Below are positions 36,778-49,100 of a DNA stretch of 57,209 bases, in pieces. This stretch comes from Catajapyx aquilonaris (taxonomy: Eukaryota): assembly GCA_000934665.2 (NCBI GenBank), contig KZ538634.1:1-57209 (forward strand), given 5' to 3'. The number at the start of each line of letters is the position of its first letter. The stretch's first letter is position 1. The position numbers and the translations under genes are program-made. The notes below the pieces were generated by a model. The model was not told the origin of the DNA, searched no databases, and saw only the letters and a program-made list of their open reading frames with translations.

Positions 36778-37448
36778 TGGTGATTTGGGTATAGGGGAAA
36801 GTCGGGAGCAATGGGACACTTTTTAAATATTCATTAAAATATCCATAAAATGTTTTTTGTTTATTTTCATTTATATGCTATCCATTTTCTTTGATTACGT
36901 GTAAGACGTATGCTGGGGCCTAATCGCTCTTTCTGCCTGGGGGAGGGTTCGATGGGTGGCCCAACCGACTTGTTTGGGGGCAATTATCTCGGTAACGTGG
37001 CGGCACAGACACCTTAATCAATCCTCTTGTGTCTAAAACTCATATACGTCTGTGCACTGAGTTCGGTTACACCCTGTCAGTAGCCAAAGGATTCTATCCT
37101 GAGGTCTAAGTAGTATAGGCCTTTCAACCAGTTACGGACAAGGCCGTTTTGGCGCTTTGGTTTCATGACACGATTTAGAGCATTGGATTGAATCCAGCAT
37201 CCCTACAAACATATCATTGAAGCAGTCAAAGCAGTAACCAGACATGTCCAAATTCGTCAAAATTGACGTTTCTTAGATTCGCATTGGCAATGCAGAGACA
37301 ATCGTGTGAAAGACTAGACATCCTTTTGTAACCTTCACGGAATAAGCAAATCCCGCAAGGAGAGGCTGGCCAAATATGCCAGGGAGCATATAACCTTCCC
37401 ATCAGATAACCGTGGGGTACACGTACCAACGCAATCGTAGACGACATC

Positions 37449-38200
37449 TGTCGCGGATGTCCCCCTCCCTGGTTTCCCCCAGTGCCATCGGGGGGGGGGG
37501 GGGNGGGGGGGGCACAGGAGGTCCCACCCGCTCCTGGTGGGGCCTTCCTGGTCCTCCCCAACGGGTCAGTGAGGGTCATTTCTTTTCCTCCCATCAACCT
37601 GTACAGATCCATGCTCCTCCCCTCTTCCGGCGGCTACCCCCCACTACACCTTTCTCCCGATCCCCAGTCCCTGCCTACTGATTTTGAGTGCACCGAGACG
37701 CAGATCGCCAACATACTGTAAGTAGCCTCCAACCAGTACTCACGGTAACCAATAAACATCATACCCAACCGTACTTTTCTTTCTTTGGACCCTCAACCTA
37801 CAGAAGGGAACTCGACCCTACCGTATAAGTGCATTCAGCATGCACGTCACATGGCGCCCAACGGGGTACCTTTTGTAAGTTTGGGGTCACGTATGGTGAC
37901 GTAGATTCAGGCTACATGACGCGATCAGGGTCCACGACACGCTGCACCAGGGAGAACACAGCTTCCGCAGGGGTCGAGAACGCTAAGGCAACTCCTACTC
38001 ACACAGAACAGACAGAACACGCAGACCCGCCCGCCGCGAACATACATCACTCCGACCCGCGTGACATGGCACCTCCGGATCGGTCATACAGAGCCTCGCC
38101 CCCATGTTGGGTCTCCAGCCGGCAGCCTCGATGGATGAGATCGTACAGAGAGTGCAGGAACTGCAGACGTATCGAGACGCTAACTCGGTCATACAGCCAC
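37449..38200 (+). mobile_element. LTR (about 37449-37851), tRNA-Lys PBS and leader of an LTR retrotransposon
   Basis: TGT...ACA with AATAAA near 37752; PBS TGGCGCCCAACG at 37852-37863. The left LTR boundary is tentative. Confidence 0.65.
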
Positions 38201-38439
38201 AGGATGGTCTGTCAGTTTATTCGATTTTTGCTCCGGTTTGCGACCTTATATTTAAGCTTTAGCCCTATAAAAAAATTATTCTGGCTTTTTTACTTTCTGT
38301 AACATAATCCTCGATATGCCCAAAAAAGTAAACTTATAGCTTCGGGGTAGAAGAAAGGGGCTTAAAGGATTAGTATAGTGCGTACTTGCTTGAAAAACGT
38401 AACAGGCGTCAACTGAAGCCCGTCAAGTCGGTACTGAAA

Positions 38440-39185
38440 GGCTGACACTAACAAATACGTGTACGAGTGATGCCCTAGTGCAGGTTTTGGCAGTTGCCGC
38501 ATGTGACAGTCCCGTATACAGAAGCTACTTGCACACATGTAAAGACAGCCAACTTAGTTCGGCTCCTCCTTCATATTGCCACGAAGGGAGTCACAGCGCA
38601 GGCATATTCACTAAGGGGTCAAATGTTGCGGCAAGTGAGCCCAGTAGTATACAACTTCCAGGCCTACTTCAACTGGACTGTACGGAAAATGCTACCTTGA
38701 TGGCAGAGACTTCTAAAAGCTTTACCAAGTTTTACGGAAGTTAGCAAGTGCTCTTCAGGTGACTGTCCAAATAGGGAAGTGCAGGTCGACCTCTCCCTTG
38801 TTAGAGTCACCATCTCTCCTCAAGACAACATACACTGCCTGGAAAGACTCATCAACTACTGCATTAGATGAAGAAACGTTACTCCATGCAGCTACCCATT
38901 CCATGACACAGAGAACATCGCACATAGCACATCGCACTACGTAGACCGTACCATTTCAAAAAGTCCTATTTGCAGCGGCAGCAGGTCTGTCAGTTCTACT
39001 ACAAAGCACATCTGGTACGCCTCTTCCCACTGCGAGACATTCCGACGGAAATAATCGTCACAGAGCAGAAATTCCAGCTGCGTGGCATCATCGGACCCTT
39101 TTCCACTCTGCCAAACACCACAGTGTGTCACTATGTAGCATACTGCTGAAGAGTTGACGGAAAATGGGAAAGACATGACATGACC
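38440..39185 (+). pseudogene. USP/UCH-like cysteine protease remnant 1
   Basis: Cys box TNTCTSDALVQVL; His box FQLRGIIG..VCHYVAYC*RVDGKWERHD; multiple frameshifts. Confidence 0.65.
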
Positions 39186-39700
39186 AGCAAACCTGCTGCA
39201 TCAAAGCCCACTCTCCTCCTTGTATCCCACGTAATCGTATACACTTTGTAAACTCTTGGTATTACTGTACAATATGTGAGCAGTGCTTCTCTACGAAGTT
39301 ACCATTTCCAAGGGAAAAATCCGTGAATTTCATAACTGGTTTGAGAATAATAAAGGGCGCTAGCTCTATGGGCCGGTTGCACGAACCGTTCCTAGCCCGC
39401 TCCTACGTAGGTGCTCCCTACGGGTAAGAGCACTCCTAGGTGGCCGAGGGTTGCACCAACCCAAACTAGAAGGCTTCCTACGTAGGGTCCTCCTTCCCTT
39501 GTTATCGGGCAGTCGCGCCTGGCTTCCACACCCGTCTTCATGAACTGGCTATTTATTAATGAAATAACTGTCCTTACATGCATTAAAATAATATTACACA
39601 GCTGGAGAGTATGGTTTATACCCTTAAAAACATAAACGTGCTTAATTAGTCACGCATGACGCACTTGGCTAGAATCCCGGCAGTCACATTTTGGACCAAC

Positions 39701-40147
39701 ATGGCAGGAAGTATGGACGAGAGCAAAGAGGAGCCAGGAAAGGCAAAAAAAAAAAAAAAAGCTGAGAATTACAGTGAGGACGAGAAAAATCTATTGCTGG
39801 AGCTAGTAGAAAAGTATATCGACGTCATTGAATGCAAAAAAACGGACTCGGTGATGACCAAACACAAGACTGCGGCATGGGTCAAGATCACCAACGAATT
39901 CAACGGGTACCACGTACCCTACAAGAGAATGGGTGCAATTGCGGAGGTGTTACCAGGTATGAGAACAACACTCTTGCACACAGCTGTCCATCAGACGCGA
40001 TTGACCCATACGGAGGAGGAGCATTCACTGCGAAGGTTCCACATGCGTAAGGAGCACCGCATGCAAGTGGTAGAACACAAGCTTCGTGTTAAGCTACTTG
40101 ACGGACAAATAAAGTTTGCTGAAAGTCAGGGGAGTAATAAAAATTAA
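39701..40147 (+). pseudogene. Myb/SANT (MSANTD3-like) Harbinger accessory gene, internally deleted
   Basis: ENYSEDEKNLLLELVEKYIDVIECKKTD..KTAAWVKITNEFN. Confidence 0.8.
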
Positions 40148-40277
40148 GGGAATGTGCTTTTAATTTATTTTATTTCTGCACAAATAGTTTTCATTGTATT
40201 TGTTACATGTACATTGGTACTTGAATGTAATTATGAGGGGAATAAAAATGCACTGAATGCACTTGACCTGCCCAGCT

Positions 40278-40575
40278 TCATTCGAAGTTTTCCAAAATTA
40301 AACGGCGACGATAGGTGTGGCCTGCAGCATACAATCTCCCACTGTATGCAAGCAGATCAGGTTGGTCTTGCTGCTGTCCTCCCTGATCATCATCAGGTGG
40401 TTCCTCTTCACTTCTCTGCAATGCAATATTATGGAGTACAGCTGTTGCCACAATTACTGCCAGCGATGTTTGAAGTTTGAGGCGGAGGCAGTATTTCATG
40501 CATGCAAAGCGGCGCTTCCATACACCATACTGTCTCTCAACGACATTTCTAGCGCTCTTCTGAGATTTATTGTAC
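40278..40575 (-). pseudogene. HARBI1-like Harbinger transposase, last exon
   Basis: YNKSQKSARNVVERQYGVWKRRFAC..VIVATAVLHNIAL..RRRLILENF. Confidence 0.88.
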
Positions 40576-40854
40576 CTGGAACATCAAACAAGTTATAAAT
40601 TTCCACCTCCTTTTTAAGTTCCTCTGTCATGCATATATCAAAGTTTTTACCACTTCCAATGGATTGTTGAATTTATTTCAGGTAGCGGTGGCATGCAAAC
40701 TGGAGCCTGTGTTGTGTGTATCTCCCAAGTAACCTGGATTATTTTGATATGCCGTACTCTACTGTGCTGCAACACTTTTGTGGCTTCATGCACACGTCAC
40801 ATGCTATAAAAGCTCATCGGTAGTGGTTTTGTCTGCATACACTTTGGTATAGCA

Positions 40855-40926
40855 AAAACTCTGGACATGGAGGAGAAAATTCGTGATTTTGCGTCCCGCA
40901 AAGCACGTCGCGTCAATTTCATCTAA
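40855..40926 (+). pseudogene. hAT extreme C-terminal scrap
   Basis: LDMEEKIRDFASRKARRVNFI*. Confidence 0.6.
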
Positions 40927-40944
40927 CAAGGTGAGACCACTTCA

Positions 40945-41570
40945 GTGCTTGTGTATTCGCTTCGGGCGAAGATATTATGTGACATTTCAGAAAAGGACAT
41001 CTTGCCACAAGGCGTGATCCACATCGGGGCCGAAGCCACCATAACGAAGATGGGAGAAGGTTTACTGGTTCATCATCCGAGTGTAGAAGAGATCTGCCAT
41101 TGCTCCGTCCCTGCCTGCCTCTCGAATGGTAAATATCTCAGAGGGGTAGTGTGTATAACTTTCGAAACGACTGATGTATCAAGCCTCGAGGCTAAATTGG
41201 AAGTCGCCCTTGCCATCCAGCGTGGCGTTTGCGCTGCAGGAATTCAACGATGCTCAGGCGTGAAGACTAGACAAATGACCTCTTCTCCGTCCCACATTCT
41301 AATAGAAACGCTCTGCACAGCAGAATCGGGCAGGTCGGACATATCCTTAGAGTCAATGGTTGTGCTAAGTGATATACCAAGAAACATCACAATTCAGGGA
41401 AAAGAATATTCTTTGAGAGGAGTGGTTGGCATTACAGCCAGTGGAATGTCACATAGCGTCGTGGGGCATTATATTGTAGAAGATTGGGAGAGTGTTGGGA
41501 GGCGTACGATGATCTTCAAGACGGGAAAAGTCATTGCGCAAGGTCAACTAAAGTTAATTGCGAACTTCTT
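40945..41570 (+). pseudogene. USP/UCH-like cysteine protease remnant 2
   Basis: YSLRAKIL..CHCSVPAC..SHILIE..LSDIPRNITIQGKEYSLRGVV..GHY../CRRLGECWEAYDDL; parallels remnant 1. Confidence 0.65.
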
Positions 41571-41659
41571 GTGTACACGGTTTGTTGAATAGGGAAATTG
41601 CAGTGGGATTTTGCATCGTGGTATCAGGCTGTTTGTATTTTGAGTTTCCCCTACTCGAA

Positions 41660-42780
41660 AGCGCCATGGGAAAGAGGCGTAGGATAGCCCAGCCATCACT
41701 GCCCCTAAATGCAGAGAAGTTTGCAGCCAGCGTTCTGCAACTGCCCCAGTTCTGCCTAACCGCTGATGGGAGGCCCTTCTATCTGGCCGATATTAGAACT
41801 GAGGTTGGAGCTGCCCCAAGCTTTTTTTTTTTTTTTTTTNNNNNNNNNNNNNNNNNNNNNNNNTCATCCACAATTATTCAAAGGCTAATCAAGAACAAGA
41901 ATTTACATTTACTGTCCTCACAAAAGGAACTCCAATCAAACGATAATTAGAATTTACGTTAGAGAAATTACATTTATATTTTAAAATGAAGCTGAGCCAA
42001 ATAAGATCTGAAAAGGTGATAGTTCACAACAGTTTAATTTTAATGTACATTTAATGCAAGTTTTCGGTAAATTTATGCAAATTTTAAGATTTCTAAAAGC
42101 AAAAACAAGTATGGAAGGGAAAATGGGGGGAGGGAGAAGCAATGCCCTGAATGCTCAAGGACCCAACTCTACTGCAGCACTCCCATACGCATCCCACAGG
42201 CCCTAGCCCAGTGTCCCGCCCCGAAGCTAGGCATTTATGTCCGACAGCACTGCGTCCGCCCGTAGACAAAAGGTGTTGAACACCTCCCAGACGTGAGTCA
42301 CCAGGGCAGCCCGTGAGCAGGGCCAGCCTAGTCCTCTGGACACTGCAGCGATCCTGAGCAGTTTCCGGGCCACCGTCATTTCTGGGAGGGAGCAGGTCCA
42401 GACCACGTGAGCGGCGTCCTGCCTCCCCTGTCCACACGGGCAGAGAGCCGCGTCCCCAGCATCGTCCTTCAACCGCCGGAAACGGACCAGGTAAGCTCGG
42501 AAGGGCCCGTGGCCGGAAACCATCCGGGTCACGTGCCCATGAACCCTCCTATGCGTCGATACCGCAGGAAAAAAGGAATGGTACCATTTATCGGTGTCCA
42601 CCACGTCCCACCTCGTCCGCCAAGCTGCCCCAAGCTGTCACTTCGGTGATTTTTCAGGCACCGAGGACAGTTGATGGTACGCTCCGAGGTGACGTTCAGC
42701 TACACATTGACGGAACTTTCAAGACGGCTCCGCAAATGTTCAATCAGCTTCTAACAATAGCTGTTTCAGCCCATGATTAT
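41660..42780 (+). pseudogene. MULE transposase fragment split by an R1-like LINE
   Basis: RRRIAQPSLP..TADGRPFY before the insertion; LHIDGTFKTAPQMFNQLLTI|GTGAGT after it. Confidence 0.8.
41823..42622 (-). mobile_element. 5'-truncated R1-clade-like LINE (ORF2 C-terminus plus 3' UTR)
   Basis: SGHGPFRAYLVRF..CPCG..HVVWTC zinc knuckle. 14-bp TSD AGCTGCCCCAAGCT (41809-41822, 42623-42636). N gap at 41840-41863. Confidence 0.85.
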
Positions 42781-42929
42781 GTGAGTTGTTGTCGTCGTTG
42801 CTGTTATTAATTCACATGCAAAAAATTAAAATCCTGTGTATTTACAGAATAAAGCTGATTACCTATTAATAATAATAATAAATAAATTTTGATATTAATA
42901 ATAATTTTTGTTCCCTTCAGGCCATCGCC

Positions 42930-43720
42930 CGTAAGGTGGGAAATCTTGGCCTGCGCCAGGCACCCAACAGGATTGGCCAAGTGAAGTTGGTCGTCAAGAT
43001 AAATTTTGTCAGAGATTCTCCTAAATGATTCTTCATTCAAACGGGTACCAGATTGGGGAAGTCAACGACGCTCTCTATGATATTCTCAGAAACGAGAAAT
43101 GGGACCGAGAAACCAAATGCGAAGCCCACCTTTTATGTACCAAGGTGAAGGACTTCCAATTTATTTGTTCCATCGTACTATGGCACGATTTGCTTATTAA
43201 ACCACATCAATCCAGTGAGCAAGTTGCTCCAGGCATCCGATCAAAACACTGTGACTGCGTTAACTGCGCTGGAAAACCTGAAGCAATTCCTCTCCAATTA
43301 CAGCAGCAATTCAGGTTGCTACGAGTCATTGCTTAAGACAGCTGACGGGCTTAGTCTGGAAGTTGAAGGGAAACCACAGTTCAAGACAACTGTTTAAGTT
43401 CGAAGAAAGAAGGCCACGCTATTCCAATACGAGCATGAGGATGAATCACCTCAATCAGCTGAAGAGAAGTTCCGAATAAACTTCTTCTTCACTGCGCTGG
43501 ATGCCGCTTTTTCGTCCATCAGTTGAGAGATTTGAACATCTGGAAGAGCATAACACCCAATTCCAATTTCTGTACGACATGAAGAAGCTGGTCGAATGGG
43601 AAAGCGTGCTACTCCGAAAGCACTGCAACGACCTTCAAATTCACCTTTCTCATGCTGACAAGAATGACATAAGTGCAGTTGAACTCTACGATGAACTCTG
43701 CGCACTGAAGAATCTCTTCC
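42930..43720 (+). pseudogene. hAT (Tip100/ZMYM1-like) transposase central fragment
   Basis: YQIGEVNDAL..FQFICSIVLWHDLL..VSKLLQ..FQYEHEDE..EEKFRINFF..RFEHL..FQFLYD. Confidence 0.8.
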
Positions 43721-43964
43721 GCTCCGAACTCCCATTGGTGCTGCTGCTCTCGCCGCTCCAGGTGGTGGCGGTGATGTTGTTGTTGTGTCTGATGATGATG
43801 AGCCTATTCCAGATCGCAGAGTTGACACTTCCTATGTATGCACGGTTCGGTACTGGAACTACGTACTGAGTGTGGCCATGTGTTTTGCCAAGTTTGCGTG
43901 GAGGTAATGGGCGTAATGATATCTTGCCCTGTGTGTCGCAGGGTAATAACTAATCACTTCAGAT

Positions 43965-44244
43965 CCCAGAGAACTGCAACACGCCAGTGATAGAGGTCAA
44001 AGGCAACCTTCTTTCACCACATTGTGCATTTGAGGTCCTTGGAGAAGGGGTGCACATTGTTTCCGTCCTTGACCTCACCCAAGCAGTGGAAGTACTTGTA
44101 GCCACCCACTACATCTTCAACCTTAAATACCACCCTAAGATTTTGGCAACAATGACACTACTACAGCACTGTGTGTTTGACATCCCTGCTGACGTGCTTC
44201 CTCGCCCTGTGAAGACATTTTTAAAGAACTTCGGAGAGCTGTAA
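43965..44244 (+). pseudogene. C-terminal exon of an EnSpm-associated accessory protein
   Basis: AVEVLVATHYIFNLKYHPKILATMTLLQHCVF motif. Confidence 0.55.
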
Positions 44245-44420
44245 GGTGCATGTGCATAAAGAAACGCAATGTCAAGTTTAGAATATACGTGCCCCCAGTG
44301 CAAACATTTTACCTCCGTACATATGACCCGTTTGCTGTCCCACATTAAATTCATTCATTCCAAGCAGAGAGACTTCACCATTACTTGCACAGGTGACACA
44401 CGCGCAACATGAGGGACCGG

Positions 44421-44902
44421 AGTGCCATGAAGTATGGGCATGACCATGAAGATGGGGCATCGATGCAGTCGAGGCTGAGGAGGGCGTCACAGTGGATGAG
44501 TGCGGACTGTTCATTGATCCCGACCTGCCGTACCTGGGTGCTACTCCGGATGGGGTTATTGGTGACGATGGCTTAGTGGAGGTGAAATGTCCGTCGTCAG
44601 CTTGCGACATGACACCAGAAGAAGCAATTTTGCAACGGAAAGTGACGGCATGGAATGTCAACAAAGACAAAACCCAAATCACCGGCAAAAACACCAACCA
44701 CTCATACTTTTATCGGGTTCAAGGACAGCTCCACGTGACCAGGAGGAAATATGCCCTATTCTGTCTGTGGACCAAGAAAGGCATGAAGACGGAACGGATC
44801 ATGAGGGATGACGATTTCTGGAGAAGCAAAATGGAGCCTAAGCTATCACAGATTTATATGAACTGCTTTCTCCCGGAGATAGTAGATCCCCGAAAAGGTC
44901 GA
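44421..44902 (+). pseudogene. YqaJ-family nuclease fragment, copy 2
   Basis: Near-identical DNA to 32609-33073. Confidence 0.9.
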
Positions 44903-45419
44903 AAAGAGAAGAAGAGAAAAGGTCGAAGAGAAAATGAGAGGGCCACATTACCAGCCATCTAGTGTCGAAGAGTTGCACTCAAGATTGAAATTCGCGGGTG
45001 ACTCTGTACGGGTCATCGTTCATGACCTCATCACAGAAGTTGCCAATTTGGCACCATGCAGCATGGAACTATGTCCCTATCACCGTGGATTTCTGGTTTT
45101 TGCATTAGACTGCGCGGTACAGGGTACTTCATATTCTGAGTTTCGGTCATTTTCGCTAATAGTTTCTGTTACATTAACGACATTTTGTTGATATCTGGCA
45201 ACTAAGAAACATGGCCCAGAACATGCACTACCACTAGCCTATGACAAAATAGATTTTTACATTAGTTTTAAAATTAAAGCGCTATTATCACCCGCATTAT
45301 GCCTGTGTTTGGGAGTTTTAACACAGACATATGCGAGATATTGACTTTGCTCATAATTGTTTTCTCGCCTGTTAAAATGTAATTCTTAATATATCAACAT
45401 TGGTATATCTGTTTTCAGC

Positions 45420-45700
45420 ATGCGGGAGTGAGCCATCGCTACGTGCCAAAATTATTCCAGGATAACAAAAAGGAAAGGTTTGGCGGTATCATACTTCACA
45501 TTTCCCAAGGACCCTGATATCAGACGCGAATGGATTAGGAGGTGCAAACGTTCGGATTACCTCAATCCTGACACGGGCAGAATTTGCTGTCCATTTTGCC
45601 GAGGATGATTTGGAACGGGATCTAATGAGCGAATTGATGGGGGCTCCAGCTAGGAAAAAATTACAAGCAGGCGCGATCCCGAGTCTGTTCCTGCAAGGAA
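45420..45700 (+). pseudogene. THAP domain remnant (P-superfamily)
   Basis: ATCQN..SYFTFPKDPDIRREWIRRCKR..RIC..HFAEDDLERDL..KKLQAGAIPSLFL. Confidence 0.85.
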
Positions 45701-45979
45701 GGCAAGGAAGTGGGCCCAATCAAGCAAGGCCCACCCACCTGAACGGCGACAGTTATAGGTGAAGTGAGTACCTGGCATATACGTATATCTAGAAGGAGCA
45801 TGAATAGTACATAGTGGTTACTACTTGAATATCCTGGACTAGAAGGGTAGGCGCGACGGAAGCTTTCCCATGTAGCGCTCCAAACAAACTGGAACAACAG
45901 CTAGAGAACAAACTCATCCAACTTTGGTTTGAAGGTGACTATAAAAAATTTAAGTTTTCACTTGCCAGGCATAGAGGAA

Positions 45980-46774
45980 AAATTGATATGTTCCTCCTGT
46001 CCATAAATGTTTCCCATATGTGCGAGAGGGGTGCCCGAAGTATAACTAGTCACATTAAATTTGGGAAAGCTGCAGAGTAGAAGTTTCTTCTGTACTTCTC
46101 TGTACCCGTACTCGCCACGCTATTGCCCAAGGAATATTTTGAGCATCACAACATGCTGTAAGTGGCTTGTGTTGGGATGTTATCAACTGACCAAATCCGT
46201 ACCGGGGACGTCATCATTGCAAAAAAAGCACTGAGGGAATATGTATTTAAATATCAAGAACTGTACGGAGCACGGCATATGTCAGCCAATGTCCACCAGA
46301 TAACACATTTGACTTATTCCATACGTGAATTGGGTTCTCTGTGGGCCACTTCCTGCTTTGGCTATGAGAGTGCTAACGGCAATTTACTCAGAACCACTCA
46401 CGGCACGCAACACATCCGCCTGGAACTCGGTAGTGCAATAGCAGTACATAAAGCTGAAAGCACTGATTGCGCAAGTATCCGCACACCTCCGGCCATTTGC
46501 TACGAAATTGACACAACAGAATGCCAAGTATCATGTGATGGAAGACTTGGGTGACAATTTGTTTACCATAGGTACGTATGACTGTTCAGTTCCAAGCGAA
46601 CTGCATACCATCCTTATTTCACAACTGAATGGAGACTTCTTGGCAAACGTGTGCCACTTTCAAAGAATTGTAAAATCTGGTACAGAATCATACCGCCCCG
46701 ATGCTAAGAAAAGATCTTGTTACGTGATGTACAGTTGTGGAATGTACGGTGTAATCAAATATTTTGTGAAATAG
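45980..46774 (+). pseudogene. EnSpm/CACTA transposase C-terminal fragment
   Basis: KAAE..FLLYFSVPVL..ELYGARHMSANVHQITHL..LGSLWATSCFGYESANGNL. Confidence 0.88.
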
Positions 46775-48014
46775 GACTTGAAAGGGGAATTTCATGATGA
46801 TTCCAGCATGACATATTATAGTGCTGTAATCCAGGGTTACCGCATAACAGTACCCTTCAGGACCACGATGGTTGTAAATAATGTTTCTGTTCAGCAAGTA
46901 TTGCGAGAAATTGCATAGCCTCAGAGGGTTATACCACCAGACCCATCAGGTAATGTACGAGTAGACCTACACTATAGGCTATAGCTTATTAGGCCTATAT
47001 AATAAAATACAGTAATACTGTAATAATTACTCTAATTGGGCTGTTTTTTTTTGTATTCAAGGACCGGTGGAGGCGGGAATGGTGATGTGGATCAGCAGCT
47101 ACAGAGAAGATCCTCCCTGGTACTATGTAGTGACAAAGGACTTCAAGAAGCAAAGGAAGGTGGACATCGTCACGGTCCTTTGGCCTTCCTCGAAGAAACT
47201 GATCAGGGTCCCGCGGAGCTATTTGCACCATAACTTCAAGAAGAACGTCGAGAAGTTCACTGTAAGTGCGGTCTCAGTACTATATGATGATGTGCTGTCA
47301 ATGACGAGTTTGACAAAAGAGCAGTTCGACCTTCTCCTACCCTTTTTGGAAACGTTTCGTAACAAATTTTGCGTTCACCAGCGAAACAAGTGAAGATACG
47401 ATGATTGAACGAATAGGAGGAGCGTTTGAGGAGCTCCTTCGGCACCTCCCTGATCCAAAGTAAGTGCCTGAAATACCCAAACTGCACACTTTTAATCAAG
47501 TACTAGAAAAATTTTCTATGGCGCAAGCGTATAAAAAGGTGAGCCATAGAAAAATGCGCGAGTAGCGAGTGTTTTCTAGTCTTATAATAATGCCTGATTT
47601 ATTATTCAAATCACAGATTTGAGTTTATGAAGGTGTTCGTAAACGAACTGAAGGTGCCAAATGTCCTTCCAAACAATGTTTGGAACGGAAACTTCGTCAA
47701 CCACTCTTCTAAGGACATGTTCACGTGGTCCAACTCGTCCAGTTCAGGGTAACAATGGTTGACATCGTGATACTTGCGCAGGGCTTGCATCGAACTGCGC
47801 CACGGAGCACCATTATTGTCTGGAGTTCGGTAGCCTCCCATCGTTGCCTGGGGTGCCAACCTACTATTGTTGTACAGAGTGTCAACCTCATATGATTGCA
47901 TTTTCTGAAAATTTTGGCATACCTCTGGCATACTGCCGAGAGATAATACAGATAATGTAGTGGGGTATAAAAAGGGAATGCACTGCAGAAATGGGAGGGA
48001 GGGGGGGGGGGAAT

Positions 48015-48210
48015 TCCCAGAGGGGAATGTGTGTGGTCGACGAAAGGTCCAATTGCTGCATTACAGTGGCGTGACAAACGCCTTGTGCATGTGATGAGCA
48101 CTGCTCATAAAGCAAGTGATGCTGTGCATGTGAGAAGGACACGGAAAGATAGTAGCAGAATAGCATTGCTTTCCCCTGCCATAAAAATTAGAGACTATAC
48201 AAAGTTCATG
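48015..48210 (+). pseudogene. piggyBac transposase fragment
   Basis: PRGE..ALQWRDKRLVHVMSTAH..VRR..P..IRDYTKFM. Confidence 0.8.
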
Positions 48211-48399
48211 ATTTTGACCAAATGAAGGGGAGAGACCATGGAGCAGGTCGCGTTTCAAGTTACAGGAGCTTTGACCTGCTGGAGAAGGTTGGATCCATGA
48301 GAGTCCAGTTAAGTGCAATAAAATATGGGAACGTACAAATTTATCATACCTTCGATACCTACACAACACTCGGGTCATTCTCGTTGAGGTCTTTGGCTT

Positions 48400-49100
48400 C
48401 GGACAATACACTCACACCAATAAGGCCTTTCGTCGCCCAGTAACTGGAAGATTGAGGGAAGCTATAGGTGAAATGTGTAACAAGGACACCCCGACAAGGG
48501 TAAAGGAGAACCTGTACCGATGTGCTCCAGAGGACTCCCTACGGGAGGGAAATCTTACACCATGTCCAAGTGAGTGTGTATTGAAAAAAATTAGAAGTGA
48601 AAGACAGGCTAAAGATGACAAGGGAAGGGATCACTTCCTTGACGTTGTAGCAACCCGTGACCATTTCATAGCTGAAGATGGGATCGCTGGTGACTCTGTG
48701 CAAGAGATACATTATGTTCCTTTTCGGGTTCATATGTACTCAAGTGATCACATGGCGTATGTCCGGTCCAAGGACTAGAAATTATACCTAAATAGCACAG
48801 GGTCAGTCATAATTAAGCCGAAATGGTATGACGGCAAGCGGATATAATACTATGCATTATTTTCCGGCCTATAGAGGGTGGTCTACCTGTCCCACTTGCA
48901 GAAATGATTTCAGCTAATCACACGGTCCCTTCTCTGAATCAGTTCCTGGCAGGTGTCTTGCGGTTATCGCAAGGTTGATCTTCCTTGACTGGAAATCGAC
49001 TGTAGTTTTGCACTGATGCACGCAGTCACTAGGGCAGCTAATGAAGAAAGCCTAACATCCTACATGCACCGAGCCTGGATGCTGTGTGTACAAGGACGGG
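48400..49100 (+). pseudogene. NOF/FB-like MULE transposase fragment 1
   Basis: RRPVTGRLREAI..PSECVLKKIRSE..VQEIHYVPFRVHMYS..LYLNSTGSVI..IYYYAL..VPLAEMISANHTVP. Confidence 0.65.

Larger units (their letters stand above)
39370..40600. mobile_element. Harbinger element remnant with convergent Myb (+) and transposase (-) genes
   Basis: Terminus-like GGGCCGGTTGCAC at 39370; the two genes listed next end tail-to-tail about 130 bp apart. Confidence 0.75.

Noticed and set aside
47611..47931. Minus-strand 106-aa ORF with faint Crypton-like wording (LEEWLTKF)
   Set aside because: No recombinase catalytic residues recognisable.
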